A DNA stretch of 60,535 nucleotides. Origin: Planctomycetia bacterium (GTDB taxonomy: Bacteria; Planctomycetota; Planctomycetia; Pirellulales; PALSA-1355). This document shows positions 19,938 to 28,925 of this stretch, piece by piece. The notes below the pieces were generated by a model. The model ran no database searches. It worked only from the letters and a program-made list of their open reading frames with translations, and was not told where the DNA came from. Location: NCBI GenBank assembly GCA_041497975.1, contig JBGQHN010000002.1, positions 1 through 60,535 of the forward strand, given 5' to 3'. A program made the translations under genes and the position numbers. Within the stretch, counting starts at the first letter, position 1. Every line of letters begins with the position of its first letter.

Positions 19938-19949
19938 CGCCATCTTCCG

Positions 19950-20765
19950 TTAGCCCGGAAGGGCCCTGCGCCAACGGTAGATGGTGATGCCCCACGAAAC
20001 GACCATGTAATAAATGGGGTAGAACAAGGAAGCCACGGCCAAGCTATAGTGTTGGTTCAACTCGGGTTTCGCCGCGTCGAGCTGTTCGTCCGGCATCGTC
20101 CACAAAACCCACGCCAGCAGCACCACCCACACGCCACCCAAGAAATTCGTCAAGCGGCTCAACGTCGAGCCCCGGCTGGGATACAGATAATAGCTGGGAA
20201 CGAAAGTTAATATCGCCAGAAGCAGGACAACCGCCGCCGCGGCCCAACCGGGAAATTCGAGCACGTACAAGTAAAAGGCCACGATGTTCCAATACGAAGG
20301 AAACCCGACGAAGTAACCGTCCGTGGTCTTGGCGGGAACCTGGCAAAACCCGTAGCCGCTCGACACCAGAGCCACCAGCAACACCCACCCGGCGGCATCC
20401 GGCAACACACCGGCGCGCCATACGAGCGCCAAGGGCAGCGACGTGAACGTGAGAAAGTCGATCAGGTCGTCGAGCTTCGCGCCGTCGAAATTCGGGAGGA
20501 ACTCTTTGACCTTGAGTCGGCGGGCCAGCGTGCCGTCCGTGGCGTCAATGAGGCAGGCCACGAGCATGAATATAAATGCCCAGCGAAAAGACTCTCGTCC
20601 CCCCTCGATGATGTTCATCGCCATGCCGGCGGCCAGCACCAGCCCGAGTGCCGTATAGGCATGTGCGATCCATGCCACCCAGCCCGCCCGAGATTGCGCG
20701 CGCCCTTTCGAGGCCAATTGGCGTGGACCCATTCTTGGCTCGAAATTTCCGTCGGATCGAATCAT
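19950..20765 (-). CDS. pcs: Phosphatidylcholine synthase (CDP-alcohol phosphatidyltransferase family)
   Basis: The CDP-alcohol motif DATDGTLARRLKVKEFLPNFDGAKLDDLIDF is present. KTTDGYFVGFPSYWNIVAFYLYV and ILTFVPSYYLYP align closely by eye with rhizobial Pcs (KTDEYFFSGFPVVWNMVVF, ILTFLPINFLHP). Confidence 0.85.
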   Translation of the reverse strand: MIRSDGNFEPRMGPRQLASKGRAQSRAGWVAWIAHAYTALGLVLAAGMAMNIIEGGRESFRWAFIFMLVACLIDATDGTLARRLKVKEFLPNFDGAKLDDLIDFLTFTSLPLALVWRAGVLPDAAGWVLLVALVSSGYGFCQVPAKTTDGYFVGFPSYWNIVAFYLYVLEFPGWAAAAVVLLLAILTFVPSYYLYPSRGSTLSRLTNFLGGVWVVLLAWVLWTMPDEQLDAAKPELNQHYSLAVASLFYPIYYMVVSWGITIYRWRRALPG

Positions 20766-20823
20766 CGACAGTTTACTCGGGCGGCTCAGATTGCGCGGTG
20801 CTGACCACCGCGGTCCGGATCGA

Positions 20824-22413
20824 CTAGGGCTGCCGCGGTTTCATGGAATCGCCGGGCGGATTGGGGATCGGCCGCGGCGGGTCCCACCGCGCCGTCAGGC
20901 GGGACACGACGCCCAGCAGAACGAGACCGGCCAGCGCGGCGAAAGTTCTGACCGGAAACAAGGTAGCATGGCTGCTTTCGTCGAGCCATAGTTTGCTGTC
21001 GCCCGGCAACACGCCGTGAAAAATCTGCGCGTAGGGAATCCAGGGCGGAATCGCCAGGATCGGCTCACCCCCGCCCAGCCGCAGCAGCAACGACGCGACG
21101 AATGCGACGATCGAGCCGGTTCGATTCGCGCGCGGGTCGAACAGCGCGTAGACGAGTTGCGGAAACAAAAGCACGAAGACCAGGTCGCTCGTTAAGAACC
21201 AAAGTTTCTGCACGCTCTGCGCGCGCAAAGCCAGCACAGCGGCCACGGCGCCCAAGACCAGAATCGAAACGCGGATCATGCGCCGCATGTTCACCGCGGA
21301 AATCTCAGGGGCTACGAGGTTGCGGCCCATGTTCCAACTGACCATGGAGCCGGCCGAAAGAATCGAGGCGCTAAAGCTCGACGTGACCGCCCCGACAATC
21401 GCCGTCAGCCCCGCGATGGCGACGAAGCTCGGCACCGCTTCGGCCAACAGCAGCGGCAAGGCCATCGTCGGCGCGTCGCGCAGTTGTTCTCTGGCCTCGG
21501 CCGTCCAGCCAGAATAGCCGAACGCCGCCAGGCCAAGCAGCAGCGGTGGAATCGTGAGACTGATCGTCAATAAGCCGGCGATAATCGAGTGCCATTGGGC
21601 TTTGATTGGTGTCTGGCAGGATTGAATGCGTTGAAAATAGCAGTTCCAAGGAATGCCTCCCAAGACCAGCATGATCGACAAGTCCCACCAGCCGGCGATT
21701 TTTGGAGCCGTCCAATAGCGACCCTCGACAATCGGGGGCAGGATGCGGGCTGCCTCGCCTTGCTGTTGCACATAATAGTTCCAACACGCGTCCAGCCCTC
21801 CGGAGGCCGCAAGCGCAAAGGGCAAAGCCACGAAGAGACCGATCGGGATCAGGAAGAATTGTACGGTGTCGGTGTAGCCGACGCTCCACATGCCGCCCAA
21901 CAAGGTATAGCAAGTCACGACCGCCGCGGAAATGAGAATCGCGCTGGTCAAGTTCATGCCGAGCATGACGCCAAACGTGGCGCCGACGGCGACCAGCAAT
22001 TCGGCGCTCCACAGCACTTCGCCCAACAGGGCCGGCAGCGACAACACGGCGGCCCAGTGCTTTCCAAATCGCGCCGCCAAGGGATCGATGAGCGTCACAA
22101 ACTCGAGACGCCGCATTTTGCGCGCGAAGACGACGCCGCCAAGCACCAGGCTCAACCCAAAACAGACTCCCCCTTGCCATCCGGAAGCCAGGCTCGCAAA
22201 AACGCCTTCGGCCGTGCCGAGCAAGTAGCCGCCGTCGATCCACGTGGCGGCCATCGTGATCGTGGCCATCCAGAAAGGCATGGCCCGACCCGCCAGCAAC
22301 AGCTCGGCCGCCGTGCCCAGCTTCACTCTTCGCGAAGCCGACCAGCCCACGGCCAGAAACACTGCATACAGGCCGATCACCGCCGCGATTCCGCCCCAAT
22401 TGGCCGGGTGCAT
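20824..22413 (-). CDS. Sodium:solute symporter, CHT1/SLC5A7-like (putative high-affinity choline transporter)
   Basis: ATWIDGGYLLGTAEGVF, YTLLGGMWSVGYTDTVQ, LVLGGIPWNCYFQRIQS, LTSDLVFVLLFPQLVYALF and RLGGGEPIL match by eye the conserved blocks of the eukaryotic choline transporter CHT1 (ATWVGGGYINGTAEAVY, LMLGGIPWQAYFQRVLS, LSSDLVYIVIFPQLLCVLF, RITGGEPYL). Confidence 0.85.
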   Translation of the reverse strand: MHPANWGGIAAVIGLYAVFLAVGWSASRRVKLGTAAELLLAGRAMPFWMATITMAATWIDGGYLLGTAEGVFASLASGWQGGVCFGLSLVLGGVVFARKMRRLEFVTLIDPLAARFGKHWAAVLSLPALLGEVLWSAELLVAVGATFGVMLGMNLTSAILISAAVVTCYTLLGGMWSVGYTDTVQFFLIPIGLFVALPFALAASGGLDACWNYYVQQQGEAARILPPIVEGRYWTAPKIAGWWDLSIMLVLGGIPWNCYFQRIQSCQTPIKAQWHSIIAGLLTISLTIPPLLLGLAAFGYSGWTAEAREQLRDAPTMALPLLLAEAVPSFVAIAGLTAIVGAVTSSFSASILSAGSMVSWNMGRNLVAPEISAVNMRRMIRVSILVLGAVAAVLALRAQSVQKLWFLTSDLVFVLLFPQLVYALFDPRANRTGSIVAFVASLLLRLGGGEPILAIPPWIPYAQIFHGVLPGDSKLWLDESSHATLFPVRTFAALAGLVLLGVVSRLTARWDPPRPIPNPPGDSMKPRQP

Positions 22414-22469
22414 GCGTCGTCTCCAGCAGCCGGCCGCGGTACGCCGCGGGTACGAGGCTGAAACACGTT

Positions 22470-23549
22470 CTACGGCGATTCGGCTGGGCCGTCAGTCCGC
22501 GCGACAACCTCGAGGGCCGCACTTCTGTCGTCGCCGTCTGTCTCGAAAAGCAAATAGGAGCGCATTCTCGCTACCAGGTCCGGCGATGCAAGGTAGCTGG
22601 CCAGCACGTGCCGTCGACCCGCGATCGAGCAGGCGTTGGTCTGGCAGACCTTGTTCCAATCGGCGCCGGTCACCCCCCAAGTTCCCAAGCCCGTATAACC
22701 GAGCGCCTCTTGAGGACAACGGCGTCCGTAAATGAGGTGGTAGCGCTTCAACAGCGCGTCGCAACAGTTGTTGACCAGTAGCATGTTGGATACCTGCGAC
22801 ATGGCATGACCATGAAAATGGCCGGGCAGTAGCCAATCGTTGTCGAGCGCGGCAACCACTAGCACTGCCTGAACAGAACTACGATTAGCGCGCTGGCGTT
22901 CGGCGAGCCGATGGCCGTCGAGCTCGCCGCCGCCGAGCAGGTGCAACGCCCCGGTGACGACTCGGGCGCCAAGACTGTGTGCCCACAAACTGAGCGGAGC
23001 CTCGGGATCGAGCTGGTCTAAAAACCACGCCAGGTAGAACCCCGAGGGATTCGTGCGGCAGGCCTTTTCACGGGCGTCGTTGATCGGACCGTGCACCGCT
23101 TCGCTGGGCCACGACCAGATAACAAATCGGACCGGCCGCTCGTCGGCGCATCGCACCAACGTGCGATAGGCGGTCCAACCCCTGGTAAAGGCTTCGCACC
23201 AGTCGATGCGATTGCCGTGTACGAAGACCGTGGTGATCGCGCTTTTGTCGTCGGCGGCGTTCAATTCGGCCAGGCTTGCGCGCAGCCAGCCTTTTTCGCG
23301 ATCATAGCGCCAATATCGCAACTGGGCCGCCTGGGCTTCGACATCACATCCCAAGCCGCGGTTGCTGACCAACCAAACCTGATCCTGGGAACGCGGCTGC
23401 GGACGGCAAGCCTGGCAGTCGCCGGCGCATAATCGGGGCGCGGGCAGCCAAACGAGAGCAATCGCCACAATGATCGAGCCCGGTGCGATGCGCCGATGGC
23501 ACGAGCGGGTGGAAGCGTGCATGGTTGCCAAACCGGTTGTCGGGTTCAA
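22470..23549 (-). CDS. Putative secreted alpha/beta-hydrolase-like protein (DUF900-like), function unknown
   Basis: Hydrophobic N-terminus. VFVHGNRIDW and WAHSLGARVV (A-x-S-x-G nucleophile-elbow-like) are present. It is co-directional with, and 56 nt upstream of, the symporter gene. Confidence 0.55.
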   Translation of the reverse strand: MNPTTGLATMHASTRSCHRRIAPGSIIVAIALVWLPAPRLCAGDCQACRPQPRSQDQVWLVSNRGLGCDVEAQAAQLRYWRYDREKGWLRASLAELNAADDKSAITTVFVHGNRIDWCEAFTRGWTAYRTLVRCADERPVRFVIWSWPSEAVHGPINDAREKACRTNPSGFYLAWFLDQLDPEAPLSLWAHSLGARVVTGALHLLGGGELDGHRLAERQRANRSSVQAVLVVAALDNDWLLPGHFHGHAMSQVSNMLLVNNCCDALLKRYHLIYGRRCPQEALGYTGLGTWGVTGADWNKVCQTNACSIAGRRHVLASYLASPDLVARMRSYLLFETDGDDRSAALEVVARTDGPAESP

Positions 23550-23791
23550 TCGCCACAGGCGGCGAGATTGAAATACAAGGAACGATCCTTCCGCTCGCCG
23601 CCCTGGCTGCCAGCGCGCACGCGCAAGTTACGTAAAATGTAGCACCTTTTCAACGTGCAGGAGTCCAATTTTCACCATGAGGCGAAAAGTCGACGCGTTT
23701 GAGTTGCACGCGCGGCGGCGCGATGTAGAGTTTGCAAGACCCCGCTGGCCCTCGCCAAGGGATCTTGCAGGCAAAGAGGGAGATACGAGCC

Positions 23792-24046
23792 ATGAAGAGG
23801 CTTTTGTTTTTAACGCTTTTGTCCATCGTCGCGGCCGACGCGGCGGGATGCTCTCGCGCGCGCCAGGCGTGCCGCCCCGCGTGTGTTCCCACGCCCGCCT
23901 GCATTCCGGCGTGCGGTGGTGGGGCAGAGGCCTATGCGACACCCGGCACCGTGATTACGACCACGCCCGGCACGATCATGTCGTCAACGGTCGTGTCGCC
24001 CACGATTCCCGGTCCTGAAACGTACGCGCCCGCGACCAACCCATAA
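23792..24046 (+). CDS. Small Cys/Pro/Thr-rich putative lipoprotein
   Basis: ATG at 23792 is preceded by AGAGGGAG. MKRLLFLTLLSIVAADAAGC gives a signal plus lipobox. A Cys-rich CRPACVPTPACIPAC segment follows. Confidence 0.5.
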   Translation: MKRLLFLTLLSIVAADAAGCSRARQACRPACVPTPACIPACGGGAEAYATPGTVITTTPGTIMSSTVVSPTIPGPETYAPATNP

Positions 24047-24369
24047 GCGGTTCGCGGCATCACGTTTGATCCAACGTCCATCGCGAGAGCCGTTGCCGAA
24101 TTCGACCGCGGCCACTCGCGGTGGACAATCGGATCGCTCTGGCCGTCGCGACGCCACGGCAAATTGACGCACGCGGCAAAACCGGCGCAAGTCGTACGAT
24201 CGGTGTTCCGCGCCAGCATCGTTTCGCCAATTTTCTCGGCTGCATACGACGCAAGGGGATTGGATTAGAATAAAGACAGCCCTAACGGTTGGCCATCGTT
24301 GGCGCGACGGGCCGTTTCTTGTTCGCACGGAAGCCGGGACCCCCCTCGGAATTCACTCACGTGCGCGCA

Positions 24370-25314
24370 ATGCTCGTCGGCCTGTTGGTCGCGCTCTGGA
24401 CCGCCTCCGCGGCCGCTCAATTCAAGGATCCGGCCCCCGATCACGGCCCCAAATTCGATCGCGAAGTCACCCAGCGAATCAAGGTCGGCGTGGTCATCAA
24501 GGCTGACGGTGGCCTGTTCCACCACATCATCGCCACCGCGCCAGTTCCCACCGATTGGCCAGAACAAAGCGTGCGAGTAGTTCAGGAGGACGTCTCGCCG
24601 TCGGTCAAGAGGTTGAGCTATCGCGCGATTAGCGGGGGCGGCGGGCTGAAACAGATGGTGGTCGAGATTCCACAACTACCCGCCGGACAGGATGCCCGCG
24701 CATTGGTCACCTTCGAAGTGACGCGCCGTTCGATGACGGCGCCAACGGACACGAGCATTTACAAAATCCCCAGGAAGCTCGATCGGCAGATGTCGCTCAA
24801 CGTGGGACCGAGCCCGTACATCGAGAGCCGTCACCCGAAAATTGTCGCCACGGCCAAGGAAGCCACTGCCGACGCGCAGACGGATTGGCAAAAAGCCGAG
24901 GCCATCTACAACTGGATTCGCCAGCACGTTTCCTACACCAGCGGCGAGCTGAAGGGCGCGGCCCGGGCGCTGTACGACAAGACAGGCGACACCGACGAGT
25001 TCACGTCGCTGTTTGTTGCCATGTGTCGCGCTGTCAAGATTCCCGCCCGCACGGTGTTCGTCCTCGGTCATTGCTACGCCGAGTTCTATTTGGAGGACGA
25101 CGAGGGCCAGGGACATTGGTTTCCCTGCCAGCCGGCCGGCGAGGCCACGTTCGGCTTCAGCGACGACGTCCGCCCGATCCTGCAGAAAGGCGACAACTTC
25201 AAGAACCCCGAGAATCCGAAAGAACGCCTGCGTTTCGTCACCGAATACATGACAGCCGCGGGCCGGGGCGGCAAGCCGCAAGTGCAATTCTTTTCAGAAC
25301 TCGTGGCCGAGTGA
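24370..25314 (+). CDS. Secreted transglutaminase-like domain protein (possibly non-catalytic)
   Basis: ATG at 24370 gives the signal peptide MLVGLLVALWTASAAAQ. TGDTDEFTSLFVAMCRAVKIPARTVFVLGHCYAEFYL resembles the transglutaminase-like core (G-x-C-x-x-F...CRA-x-GIPAR...H-x-W-x-E-x-Y). By-eye alignment places Thr at the nucleophile Cys position. Confidence 0.7.
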   Translation: MLVGLLVALWTASAAAQFKDPAPDHGPKFDREVTQRIKVGVVIKADGGLFHHIIATAPVPTDWPEQSVRVVQEDVSPSVKRLSYRAISGGGGLKQMVVEIPQLPAGQDARALVTFEVTRRSMTAPTDTSIYKIPRKLDRQMSLNVGPSPYIESRHPKIVATAKEATADAQTDWQKAEAIYNWIRQHVSYTSGELKGAARALYDKTGDTDEFTSLFVAMCRAVKIPARTVFVLGHCYAEFYLEDDEGQGHWFPCQPAGEATFGFSDDVRPILQKGDNFKNPENPKERLRFVTEYMTAAGRGGKPQVQFFSELVAE

Positions 25315-25359
25315 TGTCTCGCACGCGCTTGCAACCTCTCGGGCGCCGATGAACGAAAG

Positions 25360-28300
25360 CTAGTGCATCTCGGCGGCGCCGGTCGGCGGTACGCGGTGCC
25401 CGTAGAAGCTGTAGAACACGGGCATCAGGTTCATCAGGAGCATTGTGGTGATCATGCCGCCCACCACGACGATCGCCAGCGGCTGCTGGGTTTGCGATCC
25501 GATGCGGGTGGAGAACGCCGCCGGCAGCATGCCGAAAATCGCCGTCAAGCAAGTCATCGTCAAGGGCCGGATGCGCTTGTCCATTCCATCGCGCAGGGCA
25601 TCAACCAGGGACAGGCCCAGGCTGCGGCGCGTGTTGAAGCCGGAGACGAGAATCAAGCCGTTCATCATGCCCACGCCCAGGATGGAGATGAATCCCACGC
25701 CGGCGGAAATATTGAAGTTCGAGCGGGTCAAGATCAGCGCCCAAATGCCACCGATGGAAAGCACAATCACGTTGGCGAACACGACGGCCACGTCGAGCGC
25801 CGAACCCAGCGCAAGATACAGCAAAACGACGATCAACAGCAGCGAGACCGCCACCACGATCGTCAGGCGGTGGATGGCTTCGTTCATTTCCTGGAATTCG
25901 CCGCTCCACTCCGCCGTGTAGAGAGCCGTGAAGCAGTCTTTGGTCGCCTCCTGGGCTTCGGCGACCGCGCTGGCCAGATCGCGCCCGCGCACGCTGAACT
26001 TGATCGCGATCAGGCGTTTGCCTTGCTCGCGGGCAATCGTCGAGGCCCCGGTGTGCACAAAGCTTGCCTGGCGATCCGGCAGGCCGCGGTCGTCCAGGGC
26101 CACGACCAGGTCGCGAAGGCGGCGGCGAGGCACCATCGAGGCGTTGTTGTACGTCGTGTTGAACGTGCTGCCGCTCAAGGCGGGAAGCGGCACGCGCGAG
26201 CCGCGCATTCCCACTTCCGTGCCGGACGTGCCGCCCGGGGCGTTGTCGGCGATGACGCGATTCTTGAGCACGTCCACCGGGATATCGAGGATTTCCTCCT
26301 CGTTCATCCGCAGGTTCTGAGGCCAACGAATCGTGATATCGAACTTCCGCTCCCCTTCGACCATTTCCGTAAACGCCTTACCAGCCACGGCGGTTTCCAG
26401 CGCGTCTTGAACCTGGTCGACGCTCACGTTCCACAGAGCGCATTTCTCGCGGTCGATGGCAAATTCAAGATTCGACTGACCCTTGATCGGAAAAATCCCC
26501 ACGCTTTCAATCCCTGGCACTTTCATGACCCTGGCGCGAACTTCCTTGGCGATCTTCTCCAGCTGGTCCAGATCGGGCCCGAAGATCTTGATCGAGTTTT
26601 CTCCTTTCACGCCCGACAGCGTCTCCATGACGTTGTCGCGAATCTGCTGCGAGAAGTTCCAGTCGACGCCGGGAATCGCCGTGTCCAGATCGTGCTGCAT
26701 GGCCACGACCAGCTCGCTTTTGGAGCGGGCCCGATTTCCCAAAAACCTGCGCCAACCCTCGCGCTCTTGGATCTTTGGCCAATTCTCCTCTTGTTTCAGC
26801 GGGACCTGAAACTCCGAGTTGTAGAATCCGGTCGGATCGGTGCCGTCGTCCGGACGTCCCATCTGGGCCAGCACGGCTTTGACTTCCGGATATTGTCGCA
26901 GCAGGGTTCGCGCGGTCCGCGAAAGCCGCGTCACTTCTTCCAGCGATACCTTGACGGGGAACGTGCCGCGAATGTAGATGTTGCCTTCCTCCAGGGCGGG
27001 CATGAACTCGCGCCCCAAGAATGGCAGGGCCACGACTGTCACCGCAATCAATGCGGCGAATCCGGCCAGGGCCCACACCCGGTGCCGCATGGCCACTTCC
27101 AACTGCAGCAGGTAAAACCGCTTCATGGACCGCACCAAGATGTTGTCCTTGGCCGGACGGATATTCTGCATGAAGATCCGGCACAGCACGGGCGAAAGCG
27201 TCAGCGCGAACAACAACGCACCCGCCAGCGCAAACGCGTAGGCGTCGGCCATCGGCCCAAAGATCTGGCCCTCGGGGCCCGTCATGGTAAACAGCGGCAA
27301 CAAGGCGCAAATGATGATCAATCGCGAAAAGAACAAGCTCCGCTCGACCTCGGACGACGAGCGGAGAATGCGCTGCTGCAAGGGCATGCTGGCGTCCTCG
27401 CCGGAGCTGAGCCGCCGGTAGATCGCCTCGACCATGATGACCGACGAGTCGACGATGATGCCGAAATCGACCGCGCCCAGCGACAGGAGATTCGTTGACT
27501 TGCCGAGCGTGTAGAGCACGGCAAATGCAAACAACAACGCCAGCGGAATGTTGAGCGCCACGATCAGCGCGCTGCGCGTGTCATTCAAGAACACGAGCAG
27601 GACCAACACGACAAGCCCGATGCCGACCAGCACGTTTTCGCGAACCGTCGCCGTCGTCAAGTGGATCAGGTTTGTGCGGTCGTAGATCGTGTCGAGCTTG
27701 ACCCCGGGCAGCAGTTGGCCAGGCTGGTTGAGTTGCTCGACTTTTTCGCGCACGTCGGCCAGCGCCGGCAGCGACTTCTCGCCCTTGCGCAGCAGCACGA
27801 TGCCCTCAACGACGTCATCGCGGTCATCCCACTGCCGCTGATCGTCGACGATCACTTCCTTGCCTCGCTCGTCGATTTTCGGCAGGCTGGCGGCAACGCG
27901 GCCGGCGCGGGTGTGCGTGCCGACGACCACGCCATGACGATCGGCCGGATCGACGCTGGCATGGCGTCCTCCCTCGACGACGTCGGAAACCTTGATCGGA
28001 ACGTTGTTGGTCGCCGACAGGACGATTTGCCGGATTTCGCGCAGCCGGCGGTTTTCCTCGTTCCGCAAAACCATCGCGGCAGCCTTGGGATCCGTGTTCG
28101 GCTTAAGCTGCTGCATCGGGTCTTGTCCGCCGGCGATCAGTCCCAGCCCGCGCACTGCCTGCACGGAGTCGCCTTGCCGCAAATAGTCGCCGCCGACGTT
28201 GGAATTGCTCTGCGCGATGGCGTTTTCAAGCTGCTCCAGCGTCACGCCGTATTGCAGCAATCGAGCCGGGTCGGGCTGAACTTCGTAGCGCTTCACCGCG

Positions 28301-28851
28301 CCACCAAAGCTCACCACGTCGGCGATCCGCGGCACGCGGCGAAAATCCTTCTCCAGCTTCCAATCATTGAGCGCCTTCAAGTCGTACAACGAATATACGT
28401 CGCGGCCCTGCGCGTCCTTCGGGCTGCGGATGATATAGCGATAGATCTCGCCGGTGGGAGACGTCGGCGCGATCACCGGGGTCACGCCCTTGGGAAGTTC
28501 GACCGAATTGAGGCGGTTGAGCACTTCCAACCGGGCGCGAAAATAATCGGCGCCGTAATCAAACTGGTTGCGCAGGTGCGACAGCCCGAACAGGCTCTTG
28601 CTGCGCGAATAATCCAGGCCCGGCATGCCGGCCAGGGCGATTTCCAGTGGAATCGTGACCTGCCGTTCCACTTCCTCGGCCGAGGCGCCCGGATACTGGG
28701 CGATCACTTCGACGATCGCCGGCGCCGGATCGGGATATGCCTCGACGTTGATGTTGAAGAACGAGTAGACGCCGACCGCTGCGATCGCGATGGCGCCGAG
28801 AATCACTACCAGCCGATTGCGTACGGCCCGAGATATGAGTGCATGAACCAT
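25360..28851 (-). CDS. RND efflux transporter permease, heavy-metal-efflux (CzcA/CusA) family
   Basis: 1163 aa. The N-terminal RNRLVVILGAIAIAAVGVYSF...EAYPD is present. The TM4 signature AVDFGIIVDSSVIMVEAI is typical of HME-RND pumps. It has a duplicated 6-TM plus large-loop architecture. Confidence 0.9.
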   Translation of the reverse strand: MVHALISRAVRNRLVVILGAIAIAAVGVYSFFNINVEAYPDPAPAIVEVIAQYPGASAEEVERQVTIPLEIALAGMPGLDYSRSKSLFGLSHLRNQFDYGADYFRARLEVLNRLNSVELPKGVTPVIAPTSPTGEIYRYIIRSPKDAQGRDVYSLYDLKALNDWKLEKDFRRVPRIADVVSFGGAVKRYEVQPDPARLLQYGVTLEQLENAIAQSNSNVGGDYLRQGDSVQAVRGLGLIAGGQDPMQQLKPNTDPKAAAMVLRNEENRRLREIRQIVLSATNNVPIKVSDVVEGGRHASVDPADRHGVVVGTHTRAGRVAASLPKIDERGKEVIVDDQRQWDDRDDVVEGIVLLRKGEKSLPALADVREKVEQLNQPGQLLPGVKLDTIYDRTNLIHLTTATVRENVLVGIGLVVLVLLVFLNDTRSALIVALNIPLALLFAFAVLYTLGKSTNLLSLGAVDFGIIVDSSVIMVEAIYRRLSSGEDASMPLQQRILRSSSEVERSLFFSRLIIICALLPLFTMTGPEGQIFGPMADAYAFALAGALLFALTLSPVLCRIFMQNIRPAKDNILVRSMKRFYLLQLEVAMRHRVWALAGFAALIAVTVVALPFLGREFMPALEEGNIYIRGTFPVKVSLEEVTRLSRTARTLLRQYPEVKAVLAQMGRPDDGTDPTGFYNSEFQVPLKQEENWPKIQEREGWRRFLGNRARSKSELVVAMQHDLDTAIPGVDWNFSQQIRDNVMETLSGVKGENSIKIFGPDLDQLEKIAKEVRARVMKVPGIESVGIFPIKGQSNLEFAIDREKCALWNVSVDQVQDALETAVAGKAFTEMVEGERKFDITIRWPQNLRMNEEEILDIPVDVLKNRVIADNAPGGTSGTEVGMRGSRVPLPALSGSTFNTTYNNASMVPRRRLRDLVVALDDRGLPDRQASFVHTGASTIAREQGKRLIAIKFSVRGRDLASAVAEAQEATKDCFTALYTAEWSGEFQEMNEAIHRLTIVVAVSLLLIVVLLYLALGSALDVAVVFANVIVLSIGGIWALILTRSNFNISAGVGFISILGVGMMNGLILVSGFNTRRSLGLSLVDALRDGMDKRIRPLTMTCLTAIFGMLPAAFSTRIGSQTQQPLAIVVVGGMITTMLLMNLMPVFYSFYGHRVPPTGAAEMH

Positions 28852-28925
28852 GGAGCGGCCGTCGCGTTATCCGAAGTGCCGGTCCGGCGACGGAACTAAA
28901 ACTCACCTCAACGCTGGCCTGAAAT

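Noticed and set aside
24289-24369. Upstream start at 24289 for the transglutaminase-like gene. The same applies to the upstream starts of ORFs 1692, 4411, 18409, 23732, 34914 and 51017.
   Set aside because: In each case an internal ATG yields a proper signal peptide or the conserved protein N-terminus. The upstream extension is either low-complexity or overlaps the preceding gene extensively.
25363-27498. 711-aa ORF on the plus strand opposite the RND permease gene. Similar long antisense ORFs are 11704..13206 (+), 14496..15800 (-), 34893..36053 (-), 4789..5982 (-), 54462..55688 (-), 50687..51838 (-), 21371..22522 (-) and 42029..42988 (-).
   Set aside because: All lie fully inside genes with strong family motifs on the other strand. 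They have Arg/Gly/Ala/Pro-rich low-complexity composition typical of stop-codon-poor antisense frames in GC-rich DNA. None shows a recognisable motif.
25360-28851. The RND pump is roughly 100 residues longer than the ~1030-1060 aa I remember for CzcA/CusA, with extra segments in the periplasmic loops
   Set aside because: Loop insertions are common in RND pumps of divergent phyla. The transmembrane signature motifs and the three-gene operon structure look ordinary.
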